From: an uncultured virus (IMG/VR IMGVR_UViG_3300010885_047022)
Lineage: Duplodnaviria; Heunggongvirae; Uroviricota; Caudoviricetes
Virus record (IMG/VR): IMGVR_UViG_3300010885_047022
Span: 1 to 64,000 of that record
DNA length: 64,000 nucleotides
Reading direction: 5' to 3' (one strand)
Part shown: positions 15,910-26,368 of the stretch, in pieces
Position numbering within the stretch: the first letter of the stretch is position 1
How the letters are laid out: each line of letters starts with the position of its first letter
Notes under the pieces: generated by a model
The model's database searches: none
What the model saw: the letters and a program-made list of their open reading frames with translations, nothing else
What the model was told of the DNA's origin: nothing
Position numbers and translations under genes: made by a program

Positions 15910-18900
15910 TTATTGCTCCAATTCAATTAATTGTCTAATCGCATCTTCCACTTTAGGGGATGCCTCTATCTTATATTTGTAAATAAATTTATGTTTACCA
16001 TCCAATATCTGTAAGAATACAGGACGATCACCTCGTGACGAATCAATTATATCATAAATCTTATCTATAGTCGAAGTAGATATATTCTTTTTTACATTAA
16101 AAATTATTGCCTTACCTGTGGCAAATAAGTGCGCATCTACCTTTTCACATGATGAGAAGAACAACTTACATGTGGAATTTTCTTCGTCACCCTCTTTATT
16201 TAAAGTTCCAGATATAATTACTACATCACCTTTATTGAAGTAATCATCCGCTATATTTTTTGCATTGTTTGGAAAAATAATTACTTCAACATCTGAAGAA
16301 ATATCTTCTATTGATATCTTAAACATCTTCTGACCTTTTTTGGTCATTATCTTTTTGGAGGCTGTAATTATTCCCCCGACTTTTATATTTGATCCGACTT
16401 GATACTCAGATAATTCAATTATTTCGCAATCAACTTTCTTAGAAAGTATGTCCCATATTCCCATAATAGGATGACTAGTTACATATATTCCAAGTTCTTC
16501 TTTTTCTTTTTCTAGCATTTCTATTTCTTGCAGTCTAGGATATTCCCCTAAATCTATATTCACCAATTCATCAAATGCCCCAGCAGCTGCTAAATGTTCC
16601 AGCGTACTCTTCTTCAAAATTACAGGATCACATCTTCTGAGGAAGTCTACAATGCTCGTATATGGCTCCTCAGTGTTTCTGCAGTTGACTATTGCATCAG
16701 CTATCGATTGGCCAATTCCACTGACCGCAGACAGCCCAAATACGATTGACGTATCTCCTACTACTTCAAAGTCAATCCCAGATTTATTGATTGACGGTGG
16801 GGAGACTTCTATATTTAATTTTCTACAGTCCGATAAATAGAATGCTTGCTTTTCTTTATTGCCAACTACTGATGACATAAGTCCTGCCATATATTCTGTT
16901 GGATGATTTGACTTAAGATAAGCCGTGACATAACTAATCATGGCGTAACTTGCGGCGTGTGCTCTGTTAAATCCATATCCGCCAAAGTATTCAATATCTG
17001 AGAAAATCTTATTAGCTAAAGTTTCTGACATATCAGATGTTCGAACACATCCTTCGACAAACATAGATCGCATCTTGGCAATTTTATCCATTAATTTTTT
17101 ACCAATAACTTTTCTTAAATCATCAGCCTCTGCGGAAGTAAATCCTGCCAATTCTCTAGCAACTCCTAAAACATCTTCTTGATACAGCATGATTCCTAGA
17201 GACGGTGCTAGCACCTTAGCTAACTTAGGATGCTCATATTTAATTTGGCTACGACCATGTTTACGGTCAATATATTCTTTATCCATTCCAGAACCCATTG
17301 GACCTGGTCTATATAATGAGATTAATGCCATAATGTCTTCTACGTTACGTGGTTGAAGCTGCATCATCAATTGTCTCATGCCCGATGATTCAAGTTGAAA
17401 GACTCCGGCGCAGTTACCCTTACATAATTCATCATAAGTTTTTGCGTCGTCAAGCGGAATTTTATCAACATCAATAAGTTCGCCTTTACGCTTATGGACC
17501 AACTTGATGCAAGAGTCAATAACTCCAAGGTTTCTTAGGCCAAGAAAGTCAATCTTTAAAAGGCCACACTGCTCGACTCTGCCCATATCCCATTGCGTAA
17601 TGATTGGATTATCTACGCCCTTGCGCATGATAGGCAGGTATTCGGTTAGTGCATCCCTAGATATAACTATACCAGCAGCGTGTATGCCAGTTTGTCTTAC
17701 TAGACCTTCCAGTCCAAATGCCGTATCTACAATAGTTTTGGCATCTGAGTCTTTCTCATACAGCTGTTTGAATTCTTCAACTTCCATGCACTCCGAAAGA
17801 TTTTTCGAGATGCCCAATACTGGCGGAGGAACGAGTTTTGCCACTACGTCTCCACCGGCAAAATCGTAACCTAGAGCTCTGGCTGCATCTCGGATAGATT
17901 GTCTGGCGCCTGTCTTGTTGAACGTGCAAATGTGTGCAACGTGGTCAGACCCATATTTTGCTCTGGCATAGTTGATTACTTCGTCACGATATCTATCATC
18001 AAAGTCAAGGTCGATGTCAGGCATTGATTTTCTGCCCTCAACAAGGAATCGTTCAAACATTAATCCAAATTTGATTGGATCTAGATTTGTAATTTTAAAT
18101 GCGTAGGAAAGGATACTTCCTGCTGCAGAACCGCGTCCCCAGCCAACTCTAACATTATTATTCTTGGCCCAATTTACTAGATCTGATACAACTAAGAAAT
18201 ATTCAGTAAATCCCATTTCTTTTACAACACGTATTTCGTGATTAGCTCTATCTATGATATGAGAAGGTAGAGGATCACCATATCTTTCCTTTAGGCCGCT
18301 CCAAGCTAATCTATCAAAGTAGTCCATAGGTGCTTCGAGAGTTGGAATAGGAAAGTCAGGGAAGTGAATATCACCAAAAGAAAGATTTAAATCAATCATG
18401 TCACAAACGTCCATACTATTCTTCAACCAGTCTGGATTAAACTTAGATGACATTTCATCATATGATTGAAGATAAAATTCTTCTCCAGTAAATGAGAATC
18501 TATTTGGGGTATGTATATTTGCATTAGTTGCCACGCATAACATGATGTCATGAGATCTAGCGTCGTGCTTATGTACATAATGGCAATCCCCACTTGGGAC
18601 GACCTTTGCACCAATAGTTTCTGCTATCTGCACTAATTGATTAAAGACTTTCTTTTGTTCCCCAAGACCATGATCTTGAACTTCAATAAAATAGTTTTCC
18701 TTACCAACAATATCTTGCATTTTCTTTGCAGATGAAAGAGCAAATTGATAATCATCTCTTAGCAATGCCTGGCATACTTCACTATTTAAACAGCCTGAAA
18801 GAACAATAATTCCTTCAGAGTGTTCTGCTATTAAATCATGATCAATACGTGGCTTAACGTAATATCCTTCTAGGAAAGATCTAGAAGATATTTTAATAAT

Positions 18901-19233
18901 ATTATTATAGCCAACTTTATTTTTAGCTAAAATAGTTATATGGTAAGGACCTCTTTGCTCCCATTCATTTTGTGATGGTCCAGATCTTTCTTCAGGATCT
19001 CTATCAAATCTAGTTTTTCTAGCTTGATAAAATTCAGAACCAAGAATTGGCTTAACCCCAATAGAAGTTCCAGCGTCATAGAAGTCCAACCATGAATGTA
19101 TGTTTCCATGGTCAGTAGTAGCTAAGCCTTTCATTCCTAAGGACTTAGCTCTAGTCAAGTACTGTTCTATGTCGCCATGACCGTCTAACATTGAAAAGAC
19201 TGTATGGTTATGGAGGTTAGTCCAATTCTTCAT
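15910..19233 (-). CDS. dnaE: DNA polymerase III alpha subunit
   Basis: PHP domain (LHNHT, TDHG), GRGSAAGS, MPDIDLDF, KIDFLGL, GYGFNRAH, C-terminal OB fold. Confidence 0.97.
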   Translation of the reverse strand: MKNWTNLHNHTVFSMLDGHGDIEQYLTRAKSLGMKGLATTDHGNIHSWLDFYDAGTSIGVKPILGSEFYQARKTRFDRDPEERSGPSQNEWEQRGPYHITILAKNKVGYNNIIKISSRSFLEGYYVKPRIDHDLIAEHSEGIIVLSGCLNSEVCQALLRDDYQFALSSAKKMQDIVGKENYFIEVQDHGLGEQKKVFNQLVQIAETIGAKVVPSGDCHYVHKHDARSHDIMLCVATNANIHTPNRFSFTGEEFYLQSYDEMSSKFNPDWLKNSMDVCDMIDLNLSFGDIHFPDFPIPTLEAPMDYFDRLAWSGLKERYGDPLPSHIIDRANHEIRVVKEMGFTEYFLVVSDLVNWAKNNNVRVGWGRGSAAGSILSYAFKITNLDPIKFGLMFERFLVEGRKSMPDIDLDFDDRYRDEVINYARAKYGSDHVAHICTFNKTGARQSIRDAARALGYDFAGGDVVAKLVPPPVLGISKNLSECMEVEEFKQLYEKDSDAKTIVDTAFGLEGLVRQTGIHAAGIVISRDALTEYLPIMRKGVDNPIITQWDMGRVEQCGLLKIDFLGLRNLGVIDSCIKLVHKRKGELIDVDKIPLDDAKTYDELCKGNCAGVFQLESSGMRQLMMQLQPRNVEDIMALISLYRPGPMGSGMDKEYIDRKHGRSQIKYEHPKLAKVLAPSLGIMLYQEDVLGVARELAGFTSAEADDLRKVIGKKLMDKIAKMRSMFVEGCVRTSDMSETLANKIFSDIEYFGGYGFNRAHAASYAMISYVTAYLKSNHPTEYMAGLMSSVVGNKEKQAFYLSDCRKLNIEVSPPSINKSGIDFEVVGDTSIVFGLSAVSGIGQSIADAIVNCRNTEEPYTSIVDFLRRCDPVILKKSTLEHLAAAGAFDELVNIDLGEYPRLQEIEMLEKEKEELGIYVTSHPIMGIWDILSKKVDCEIIELSEYQVGSNIKVGGIITASKKIMTKKGQKMFKISIEDISSDVEVIIFPNNAKNIADDYFNKGDVVIISGTLNKEGDEENSTCKLFFSSCEKVDAHLFATGKAIIFNVKKNISTSTIDKIYDIIDSSRGDRPVFLQILDGKHKFIYKYKIEASPKVEDAIRQLIELEQ

Positions 19234-19445
19234 TAAATTCCTCTACTCTTGTCCGAACCTTCTAAAGAGCTATCTCTTACTTCTCTATATGTAATAATTA
19301 CCACTCCACCGCAATACTTGCACGGCACTGGCTTACCTTCTTGAGCAAACGGGCTATTATACATATATCTATCTGGCTGATCTGATTTACATTCAGAGCA
19401 GACGCCAATGACATCATCTGTATCTTCTATCTCAGGCATGTTCAC
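19233..19445 (-). CDS. Small zinc-ribbon protein
   Basis: CSEC...CKYC; coupled to dnaE. Confidence 0.65.
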   Translation of the reverse strand: MNMPEIEDTDDVIGVCSECKSDQPDRYMYNSPFAQEGKPVPCKYCGGVVIITYREVRDSSLEGSDKSRGI

Positions 19446-20634
19446 CTCCTTTATCCATTAATTTATACGCAAAGCGTACCGGGGATGGAGAGGACTGTTC
19501 TTGTGTTTCGACATACTTGTCCCCTATCTTTACCCATTTATTTTTTTTCTCTAGTGAACATTGTCCACATCCAACACCTGCAGAATTAGCTCTTTCGCAT
19601 GTGTAAGGTCTTCCGCCAATTCCCAATTCTCTTCTTTTAATCCAATCGTTTATATGACTATTAGTTTTTTCAACATTATAGTCTGAACAATTACTTAAGA
19701 TACCATGAAGAAATTTTATTGACTCTTCGTTATAAGTTAATATGGAACATAGGAATAATCTTGCCTCATGCTCTAAGTATTTCTTTTCAATAGCCTGTTG
19801 CTGAAGTCTAGCTATTGACGTACAGCTTTTCAAAAGTTTATCAGGAGTAAATTCTTTTTCTTTCACATTCATTTGCTTAAACGCAGTTGAACCATACTTG
19901 TTGAAATAGCCAATAAAATCTTTTGATTTTTCTTTTTCTATTTCCATATCATAAGTAAACTCTCTAAACCATTCATTAGCCTTGGCATTAAAGTTTTGTT
20001 CTGATACTTCATTGAAAGAGCGTGTAGTGCAGTAACCTGTTATTGAATCCATGCCCTGAAAAAGAATATCTTCTGGTATTAAATTCTTATATAGATTTGT
20101 ATCTTGATGTTTACTGCCCTCTAGGCGCCACATTCTTCTAGCGTCATACACGCTAAAGTCAAGCGACTCTAGCTTAAGTTTATCTTTTAGAGTTGAAGCT
20201 ATAAATCTAAAAATATTAGGAAGATTATTGGATGGATTAATTCCCAGCGTAATAGCTTCACATTCTATGTGAAAGCCTTTTTTCCCGGTAAAGTATACAA
20301 GTATAGCAGACTTTGGAATATAATTAATAAGATAATTATACAATTTCATACAGTCAATATATGATTCTTGTGGATCTTTGTTATCTATGTCAAAATACAA
20401 TGATCCTAATCTGATAGCTTTATCTAAATCAGTAGAATTATAATGCCAGATAGAAGTATAAAGGCCAACATTTGCATTCTGTTGACGAAAAGATTCCTTA
20501 TCTTTTGCTTCTATGAACAGAGTATTGTCTCCGTCTTTTTGACGAATAACTCTACCTAAACTTTGTACATACTTTGCTGTCTCTAGATATTTCCAAGAAG
20601 ACAAAAATTTATCTGGATCATTTGGTATTATCAT
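19432..20634 (-). CDS. Archaeo-eukaryotic primase (AEP) with PriL-like Cys-rich C-terminal domain
   Basis: YFDID, FTGKKGFHI, D-SVY-RMWRL; C...HEARL...YTCE...CGQC. Confidence 0.85.
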   Translation of the reverse strand: MIIPNDPDKFLSSWKYLETAKYVQSLGRVIRQKDGDNTLFIEAKDKESFRQQNANVGLYTSIWHYNSTDLDKAIRLGSLYFDIDNKDPQESYIDCMKLYNYLINYIPKSAILVYFTGKKGFHIECEAITLGINPSNNLPNIFRFIASTLKDKLKLESLDFSVYDARRMWRLEGSKHQDTNLYKNLIPEDILFQGMDSITGYCTTRSFNEVSEQNFNAKANEWFREFTYDMEIEKEKSKDFIGYFNKYGSTAFKQMNVKEKEFTPDKLLKSCTSIARLQQQAIEKKYLEHEARLFLCSILTYNEESIKFLHGILSNCSDYNVEKTNSHINDWIKRRELGIGGRPYTCERANSAGVGCGQCSLEKKNKWVKIGDKYVETQEQSSPSPVRFAYKLMDKGGEHA

Positions 20635-20792
20635 AGTATTTTTGCCTTAGACTCTTCGTTAGAAATATTGGCGATTACAATACGATTTTCTTTTTTCAAA
20701 TTAAATGAATTATTTCTATAGTAGACTGATTCCTTAATTATATCTTCTAATATAGAAATTATATAGATTCTCTTTGATATTCTACTATTCAT
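20631..20792 (-). CDS. Small hypothetical protein, 53 aa
   Basis: Read manually: MNSRISKRIYIISILEDIIKES...; fills gap; ATGA overlap with primase. Confidence 0.6.
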   Translation of the reverse strand: MNSRISKRIYIISILEDIIKESVYYRNNSFNLKKENRIVIANISNEESKAKIL

Positions 20793-21453
20793 TTGTCCAT
20801 CTGTCGTTGATTAATTGACTATCTTCGATTACAACATGTACCTTACTAGCTATATTATCAGCTAAGTGAACAATGTAATCCATGTAAGTTATTGGATATG
20901 TTTCTGGAACTGGCGACCAAGGACCTAGGTGACATCTAACTAGTCTCAGTATGCTCTGTACATTTTCTTCAGAAATAAACAATGTAGAAGAATGACTATC
21001 ATTAGCATATTCCTTATCGTGGCGGATACAGTCTGCTACAAATTTATTAACAGTATAGGGATGCATAGGATCATACTGGAACATTCCACTTTCTTCAGAC
21101 GGAATTCCTTTGGTGATATCATGCAATAGACACGCTGCAATTATAAGATCTCTTTCTTCTATACTTAATGCATAAGAGTCAGATATTATTTCCGCAACTC
21201 TAACAACTCTTTTGGTGTGCAAAACATTTCCACCAGGACCATGCTCATCCGGCGGATGATATCTTCCAGAAAAACTAGATGGTATTTCCCAAAATGTACT
21301 AGCTTTTAGTAAAAGAGATCTAACAAATGATTTAATTCCTTCATCATCTATTGATCCAATTTCTTCTAATAAAGGAGCTAAGTATTCATCTTCTTGAGTA
21401 ATTTGACTACTTGTATCTTCTTTGAGAATGTCATCTAAAATACTCTTACTCAT
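20785..21453 (-). CDS. HD-domain phosphohydrolase (YhaM-like)
   Basis: S-RYH...GG...HTKRV, LLHDI-K, CHLG, VHLAD. Confidence 0.85.
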   Translation of the reverse strand: MSKSILDDILKEDTSSQITQEDEYLAPLLEEIGSIDDEGIKSFVRSLLLKASTFWEIPSSFSGRYHPPDEHGPGGNVLHTKRVVRVAEIISDSYALSIEERDLIIAACLLHDITKGIPSEESGMFQYDPMHPYTVNKFVADCIRHDKEYANDSHSSTLFISEENVQSILRLVRCHLGPWSPVPETYPITYMDYIVHLADNIASKVHVVIEDSQLINDRWTNE

Positions 21454-22229
21454 TATTTCCATCCAATCCATTTAGAACATGCGTCGTCGTGCGGGCATTT
21501 TTTACAATAAGCTGTTAAGCCTCTTCTTGGTACAAAAGTTTCCTTGTGACACATTGTATCACACCAGTACTCTAAAGAATCTATATCTTCGCTACTAATT
21601 TCATATTCTATAAAATCTAAACTATTTGACATTAGATCAATATAGCCAAAGTTAGTTTCGTTAACTCGACTTGGATGACGGAGTTTAAATCCCATATACA
21701 TGGCAGAAAAATCAACTTGATACATGTGTCTATGATTTGTCTTATAATTAAAAAGAAGTTTTGTTACGTAATTTTTATTATCTTTTCTAATTATTAAATC
21801 AAATTTATCTACTATCTTAATTTCTTTGTTAATAATTGCTATATACTCTTCAGATATAGCTAGAGGAATCATATCAACGTCTGAATAAGTTTCATGAAAC
21901 GTAAGTAGTATACTTGCTGCCTTTGTAGTCAAGCTAGCCATATTTCCATACATGCTCTCATGTTGTTCAGTGGCTATATCATAATGATCCACATTTTTTG
22001 GGAACCATAATTTTTCCCATCTATTTAAAAGAGATGCATAGGAGGGACTAATGCCTGCTTGTTTTTTAAACCAAAAGAAATAAATAATATTCTTAATAGT
22101 TGATTCAAATTTAGCAGTGTATATATCTCTTGAATAAACTTTTTCAGGAAGTTTATCACGATATCTAAAATCATATAATCTCTCACAAGTTTGAAAATCC
22201 TTAATTGCTTCTACATTTAATTCTAGCAT
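21453..22229 (-). CDS. Degenerate RecB/Cas4-like protein retaining four Cys
   Basis: TCERLY ... KFDLI ... CKKCPHDDAC; the (D/E)xK motif is not recognisable. Confidence 0.6.
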   Translation of the reverse strand: MLELNVEAIKDFQTCERLYDFRYRDKLPEKVYSRDIYTAKFESTIKNIIYFFWFKKQAGISPSYASLLNRWEKLWFPKNVDHYDIATEQHESMYGNMASLTTKAASILLTFHETYSDVDMIPLAISEEYIAIINKEIKIVDKFDLIIRKDNKNYVTKLLFNYKTNHRHMYQVDFSAMYMGFKLRHPSRVNETNFGYIDLMSNSLDFIEYEISSEDIDSLEYWCDTMCHKETFVPRRGLTAYCKKCPHDDACSKWIGWK

Positions 22230-23689
22230 TAGTCAAAACCTTCTCCACTTAATAGTTCTTGAAGATCTGTTGACTCTGAATATGATTGATCACTAATGAC
22301 TTCATAATCTTCATAGATTTTTTTTGCATCGTTATATCTTACTAAAGGTGGATCGTACATGAATGCAGAACCAGTAATTCTATTTTTAGGTATTTGAAGC
22401 TGCATTATATTTTCATCTTCTGTTTCATCATTTGAAGCCAAACGTTTTTCTGTAATGAAAATTGTAACTGCGCACTTTTGCTGAATAGCTAAAGATCCAC
22501 CTGTATCTGATTGCTGTACAACTTCTCTTTTTTCTTTCATTCTGTTTGAGTTTTCCTGGGCAGTTATGATCATAGCGCAGTTCATATCTCTGGCAAGTTT
22601 TTCTAGTCTAACCATCATTTCTTCAAACTCGCCCCATCTTGGCTTGCCCTTACCACTACCACGGGTAAACATAGATTGAATAGTGTCAATGATAACTACA
22701 TCTGGCATATCTCCAGTGTGACCTATTAAATCTCTTAACCAAAACTCAAGGTCTTCAAAATATGGAGTCTCAGGATCATGACGAACCATTAATCTGTCTC
22801 CCCACTCTTCAAGTTTTGATTTAAACTTAGCCAAGTAAAACTGCTTTTTTTCTTCACTCCATTTATGAGCTTCTGAATAAACATTTTCACCAATGATTTG
22901 AGTCATAAGAATTCTCTCCCAGTGACCCAAAGCTTCTTCAAAGTTTACATACAAAACTCTATAACCAGTATCTAACCAATTATTAGCTAGACACTTAGCG
23001 AAGGTACTTTTTCCCTTGCCTGAGGGGGCGATAATTGCGTGTACAGCGCCCTTGAAGAATCCACCCTCATCCGTATAGCCCATGGCTCTATTTAGAGCTT
23101 TAAATTGCGTTGGCACGAAGTCAGGTATATCCAGCAAACGATCAGCTCTATTTAGAATGTCATTAGCTGTAGTTAATTTACTAAATGGGTCGTATTTAAT
23201 TTGATTTTCAAGATCTTTAATTAAAGAAGTTAAATCATTAATGCGATCAATATCTTCTTGTGATTTCAAACCTTTTTTATTAATAAGTATTTGAAGTTCT
23301 TGAAGATTGAGAATCTGTTTACGCTTATTTGCCTTGTGTTTGATTAATTCAACGACTGATTCTTTTGTAGAAGAATCCAGACTAAGAATATAATCTATCA
23401 TTATTCCTACGCCGGAAGAGCCACCAAGTGCATCATATATATCCGTCTCACTAGACAGCCATGATTTAAATGCTATTGGATCAACTATATCTAAATTAGT
23501 TGCTCGATAAAAACCAAGAAGCGCACCATAGAATTCGTGGATTCCTTTTTCGCCATGAATCATACCAACTATATCTTGTGGAAGATTTTCGTCAAAATAG
23601 GATATCGCACCCTGCTCTTTTAGGCAAAGTGCGAATGCCTGGTATTCTAGTGGGGTTTCTTGTGATTCTTCTATTTCTTCAAGTGCCAT
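22229..23689 (-). CDS. DnaB-like (SF4) replicative helicase
   Basis: APSGKGKS Walker A, VNFEE, VVIIDTIQ, TAQENS, KNR. Confidence 0.9.
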   Translation of the reverse strand: MALEEIEESQETPLEYQAFALCLKEQGAISYFDENLPQDIVGMIHGEKGIHEFYGALLGFYRATNLDIVDPIAFKSWLSSETDIYDALGGSSGVGIMIDYILSLDSSTKESVVELIKHKANKRKQILNLQELQILINKKGLKSQEDIDRINDLTSLIKDLENQIKYDPFSKLTTANDILNRADRLLDIPDFVPTQFKALNRAMGYTDEGGFFKGAVHAIIAPSGKGKSTFAKCLANNWLDTGYRVLYVNFEEALGHWERILMTQIIGENVYSEAHKWSEEKKQFYLAKFKSKLEEWGDRLMVRHDPETPYFEDLEFWLRDLIGHTGDMPDVVIIDTIQSMFTRGSGKGKPRWGEFEEMMVRLEKLARDMNCAMIITAQENSNRMKEKREVVQQSDTGGSLAIQQKCAVTIFITEKRLASNDETEDENIMQLQIPKNRITGSAFMYDPPLVRYNDAKKIYEDYEVISDQSYSESTDLQELLSGEGFD

Positions 23690-24324
23690 CAATTTTTAGA
23701 GCCTTTTAGTTTGCGGTAAAGATTCTTTTTATACTCTGAATTTTTCTTTTTCATTTCCTGATAATAATTAGAAGTTGTAATACTTTGCTTATTATTATCT
23801 TTCTTGCTATCTGGACTACTCCTAATAGCTTCCAGCATCCTATTATACACGCTAACTTCAGTTAGAGAGTCATTATAGCGAAAAACAATTAACGCAATTC
23901 CATTATCCTTGCACCATTGTGCTTTGATTATATCTCTTTTTTGTGCTTCTTCAAATTCATATTTTGATTCAAAAAATCTAGACGTGTAAAAGAAATGTTG
24001 ACGGCCATGATATTCTGCAGCTATTCCATACGAAGGGCAATAAACATCTAATCGAAGTTTTTCGCCAATATGAAATTCATTAACTACATCTTCTCCAGGC
24101 AAAAGTTTTTTCATTATCATTGTCAAAGCGGTTTGACCACGTGACATTTTCTTTTTAGAATCTTTTAACCAATTTAATCCAAGATAATTAATCTTTTTAT
24201 TTATCTCAGATATTGGAACGTCAAGTTCTTTTGCTATTTGATTTATTGAATAATTAGTATCAAATAAAAGATCTACTAAAAATTCAATATCATCATCTTG
24301 TATTTTTTTATAATTATCTTTCAT
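23689..24324 (-). CDS. HTH plus DUF559/Vsr-like endonuclease
   Basis: SINQIAKELDV HTH; LRLDVY, EYHGRQHF, RDIIK-WC-NGI. Confidence 0.75.
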   Translation of the reverse strand: MKDNYKKIQDDDIEFLVDLLFDTNYSINQIAKELDVPISEINKKINYLGLNWLKDSKKKMSRGQTALTMIMKKLLPGEDVVNEFHIGEKLRLDVYCPSYGIAAEYHGRQHFFYTSRFFESKYEFEEAQKRDIIKAQWCKDNGIALIVFRYNDSLTEVSVYNRMLEAIRSSPDSKKDNNKQSITTSNYYQEMKKKNSEYKKNLYRKLKGSKN

Positions 24325-24961
24325 TGGTACTGTTATGAAATGCAGCCTTGCTCAATGACAAAGTTTTACCAGTATCAATTATGGATATGTTTAGATTATC
24401 CCACATCTTATTCATCAATGCTAAACCAAAGACACCACAATCTAGAAGGCAATAGTCTACTTCGTTTTCCATTTCCGCCAATTGTGCATAAACGCTATCT
24501 AACTTTTCGTGATAATTATTATATGGAACATTTATAATATGCGTATCAAATCCAAAGTGGCGTTGAGCCAACTTCTTATCATGGAGTGTAACGATAACTT
24601 TTGGAGTATTTCTAATATAGAAATCAATCACTGATTGATAGGCGTCTTTGTTATTTAGATAAAAGTATTCAAATACGTTTGAATAGTAATACTCAAAGTT
24701 TTTGTTTAATCCAATTTTAAAATGTCTTCCATTTTCAATATCAGAAACTAGGGTATGTGAAATTGCTTTCATAATTCTCTTGTCATTATTTTTTAATGAG
24801 GAGATAATATTCTTAGCAAAGTTAGCTGGAAAAGGATTCTCGCTATTTTTACTTAAGGCGACTATGGAAGATTTAGGAACATTAATGTAACTAAACTTTT
24901 CTTTTTTGCCCATTGCCGAAGTAAGATTTCTAAGTGAATCTGTTGGATTAAGAAATGTCAT
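24314..24961 (-). CDS. GT-D-fold-like protein (possibly degenerate)
   Basis: DYCLLDCG...IIDTG C-terminal pattern; RxGDGE motif absent. Confidence 0.45.
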   Translation of the reverse strand: MTFLNPTDSLRNLTSAMGKKEKFSYINVPKSSIVALSKNSENPFPANFAKNIISSLKNNDKRIMKAISHTLVSDIENGRHFKIGLNKNFEYYYSNVFEYFYLNNKDAYQSVIDFYIRNTPKVIVTLHDKKLAQRHFGFDTHIINVPYNNYHEKLDSVYAQLAEMENEVDYCLLDCGVFGLALMNKMWDNLNISIIDTGKTLSLSKAAFHNSTNER

Positions 24962-24972
24962 TTTATCTCCTA

Positions 24973-25665
24973 TTAAATTCCGAATGAACCCCAGTTAATC
25001 AAAACTGGCTTTTCATCTACGATTGAATTGATATGGTCTAACTGATGGAAAGCTCCACCGTCTAATTGTGAATATCTCTGATGCTTAGAAATTTTATCTT
25101 CATCTCTGATATAGCCAAGGTGTTGCATTACGAGTTTAGAATCAACCCAGTAATTTTTTCTAGCAATCATATCACCTACATAAGTAGGTTCAGATCCACA
25201 CGCCAGCTGCCTATTATTGAACCCACCATTTTCTAAGTATCTAAATATTCTAGTACTATTATTTGGTGTCCATAGTTTATCAACTCTATACTGAGTTTCA
25301 TTCCACATATGATAGAAGCGGACATTTACTACATCAAAAGGCGATGTATTTAAAACATCTCTAATTGGCGCATCATCTAAATGATAGAGCTTTTCATCGC
25401 AGTCAATAGCTACGACCCAATCTCCAATACTGGCAAATTTTTCTAGATTACCCCAGGCGAAGGCTCTTAATTTTCCTTCATGAACATTAAAAAGTTGTTC
25501 AGGTGTTTGAAAAACTTCAGCGTACTTTGCTGCTATTTCAGGAGTATTATCAGTTGAACAATCATCTGTAAATATTATTTTATCAACTTGAGTTGACAGT
25601 CTTTGCAAAACATCTTCCAAAAATCTAGAAGACTCATTTCTACCAATCATTTGTGCAATGATCAT
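24973..25665 (-). CDS. Glycosyltransferase family 2
   Basis: RNE, DDCSTDNT, DWVVAIDCDE, HLGY. Confidence 0.85.
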   Translation of the reverse strand: MIIAQMIGRNESSRFLEDVLQRLSTQVDKIIFTDDCSTDNTPEIAAKYAEVFQTPEQLFNVHEGKLRAFAWGNLEKFASIGDWVVAIDCDEKLYHLDDAPIRDVLNTSPFDVVNVRFYHMWNETQYRVDKLWTPNNSTRIFRYLENGGFNNRQLACGSEPTYVGDMIARKNYWVDSKLVMQHLGYIRDEDKISKHQRYSQLDGGAFHQLDHINSIVDEKPVLINWGSFGI

Positions 25666-25691
25666 TTTTTTCTTCCTTAGCTTTAAATGAG

Positions 25692-25717
25692 ATTGAGGGG
25701 GTTTTACCCCCCTCAAT
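25692..25717 (-). terminator. Stem-loop, possible terminator
   Basis: ATTGAGGGGG/CCCCCTCAAT inverted repeat in intergenic gap; weak U-tail. Confidence 0.55.
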
Positions 25718-25756
25718 TTCTGTCCAATAATTACTTAGAGACTTTATTGACGAAGG

Positions 25757-25948
25757 TCAGTCGACCATCTGTTCACGAGCCTCAACAGCCGAAATTCGCT
25801 CAGTCTCTACTTCTCTGTAGAGCATCTCTCCAAGAGCTGAACGACGATTGCTCGAACTTGTTGCAATCTTCTCTGCGTCTGTTTTGTTGTTAGCCTTCAC
25901 GAGCGAAGTTGTTGTCACTGTGAAATACTTGAACTTGTTATCTGACAT
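25757..25948 (-). CDS. Small hypothetical protein
   Basis: ORF track; AAAGGT SD. Confidence 0.7.
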   Translation of the reverse strand: MSDNKFKYFTVTTTSLVKANNKTDAEKIATSSSNRRSALGEMLYREVETERISAVEAREQMVD

Positions 25949-25963
25949 TGGTATTACCTTTCA

Positions 25964-26368
25964 TTAATTTGATGGATAATTGGTTGCGATATATTCTATC
26001 GCATCTTGCATTGTTGATGCAAGTTTTGTTGCCATATATTTTAGGTAAACTCTGTTCTTATTAGAGTCACAGCAAAAGACTACTGCTGGCTGATTATTGA
26101 ATTTAGCCCAAGCTAATTCAAAGTCAGTTCCTATATATGCGCGATCTTGTAACATATATTCTACCAGAATAATATCTGCTCGGCGTTGCATGAACAAATT
26201 TTTTTCAACAATTTCTTCTGGTGTTTCGTACCCTTGATCTACAATAGTAGTTGGATCCAATACGTCATAGCCTGCAAGATGCAGTGCTCTAGTTGCTGAC
26301 TTGCGCCAAAAGCGTCCATAGTCTTCAACGCCTTCAATTGCTCCGGAAAGAAATACTTTAAGCGGCAT
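25964..26368 (-). CDS. Nucleoside 2-deoxyribosyltransferase / nucleotide N-hydrolase-like protein
   Basis: VFLSGAI, WR, VLDP, ADIILV, GTDFELAWA. Confidence 0.8.
   Translation of the reverse strand: MPLKVFLSGAIEGVEDYGRFWRKSATRALHLAGYDVLDPTTIVDQGYETPEEIVEKNLFMQRRADIILVEYMLQDRAYIGTDFELAWAKFNNQPAVVFCCDSNKNRVYLKYMATKLASTMQDAIEYIATNYPSN

Noticed and set aside
14345..23689. CRISPR-Cas system (Cas4-like, HD and helicase genes)
   Set aside because: No repeat-spacer array or cas1/5/7 seen; the helicase is SF4, not Cas3-type SF2
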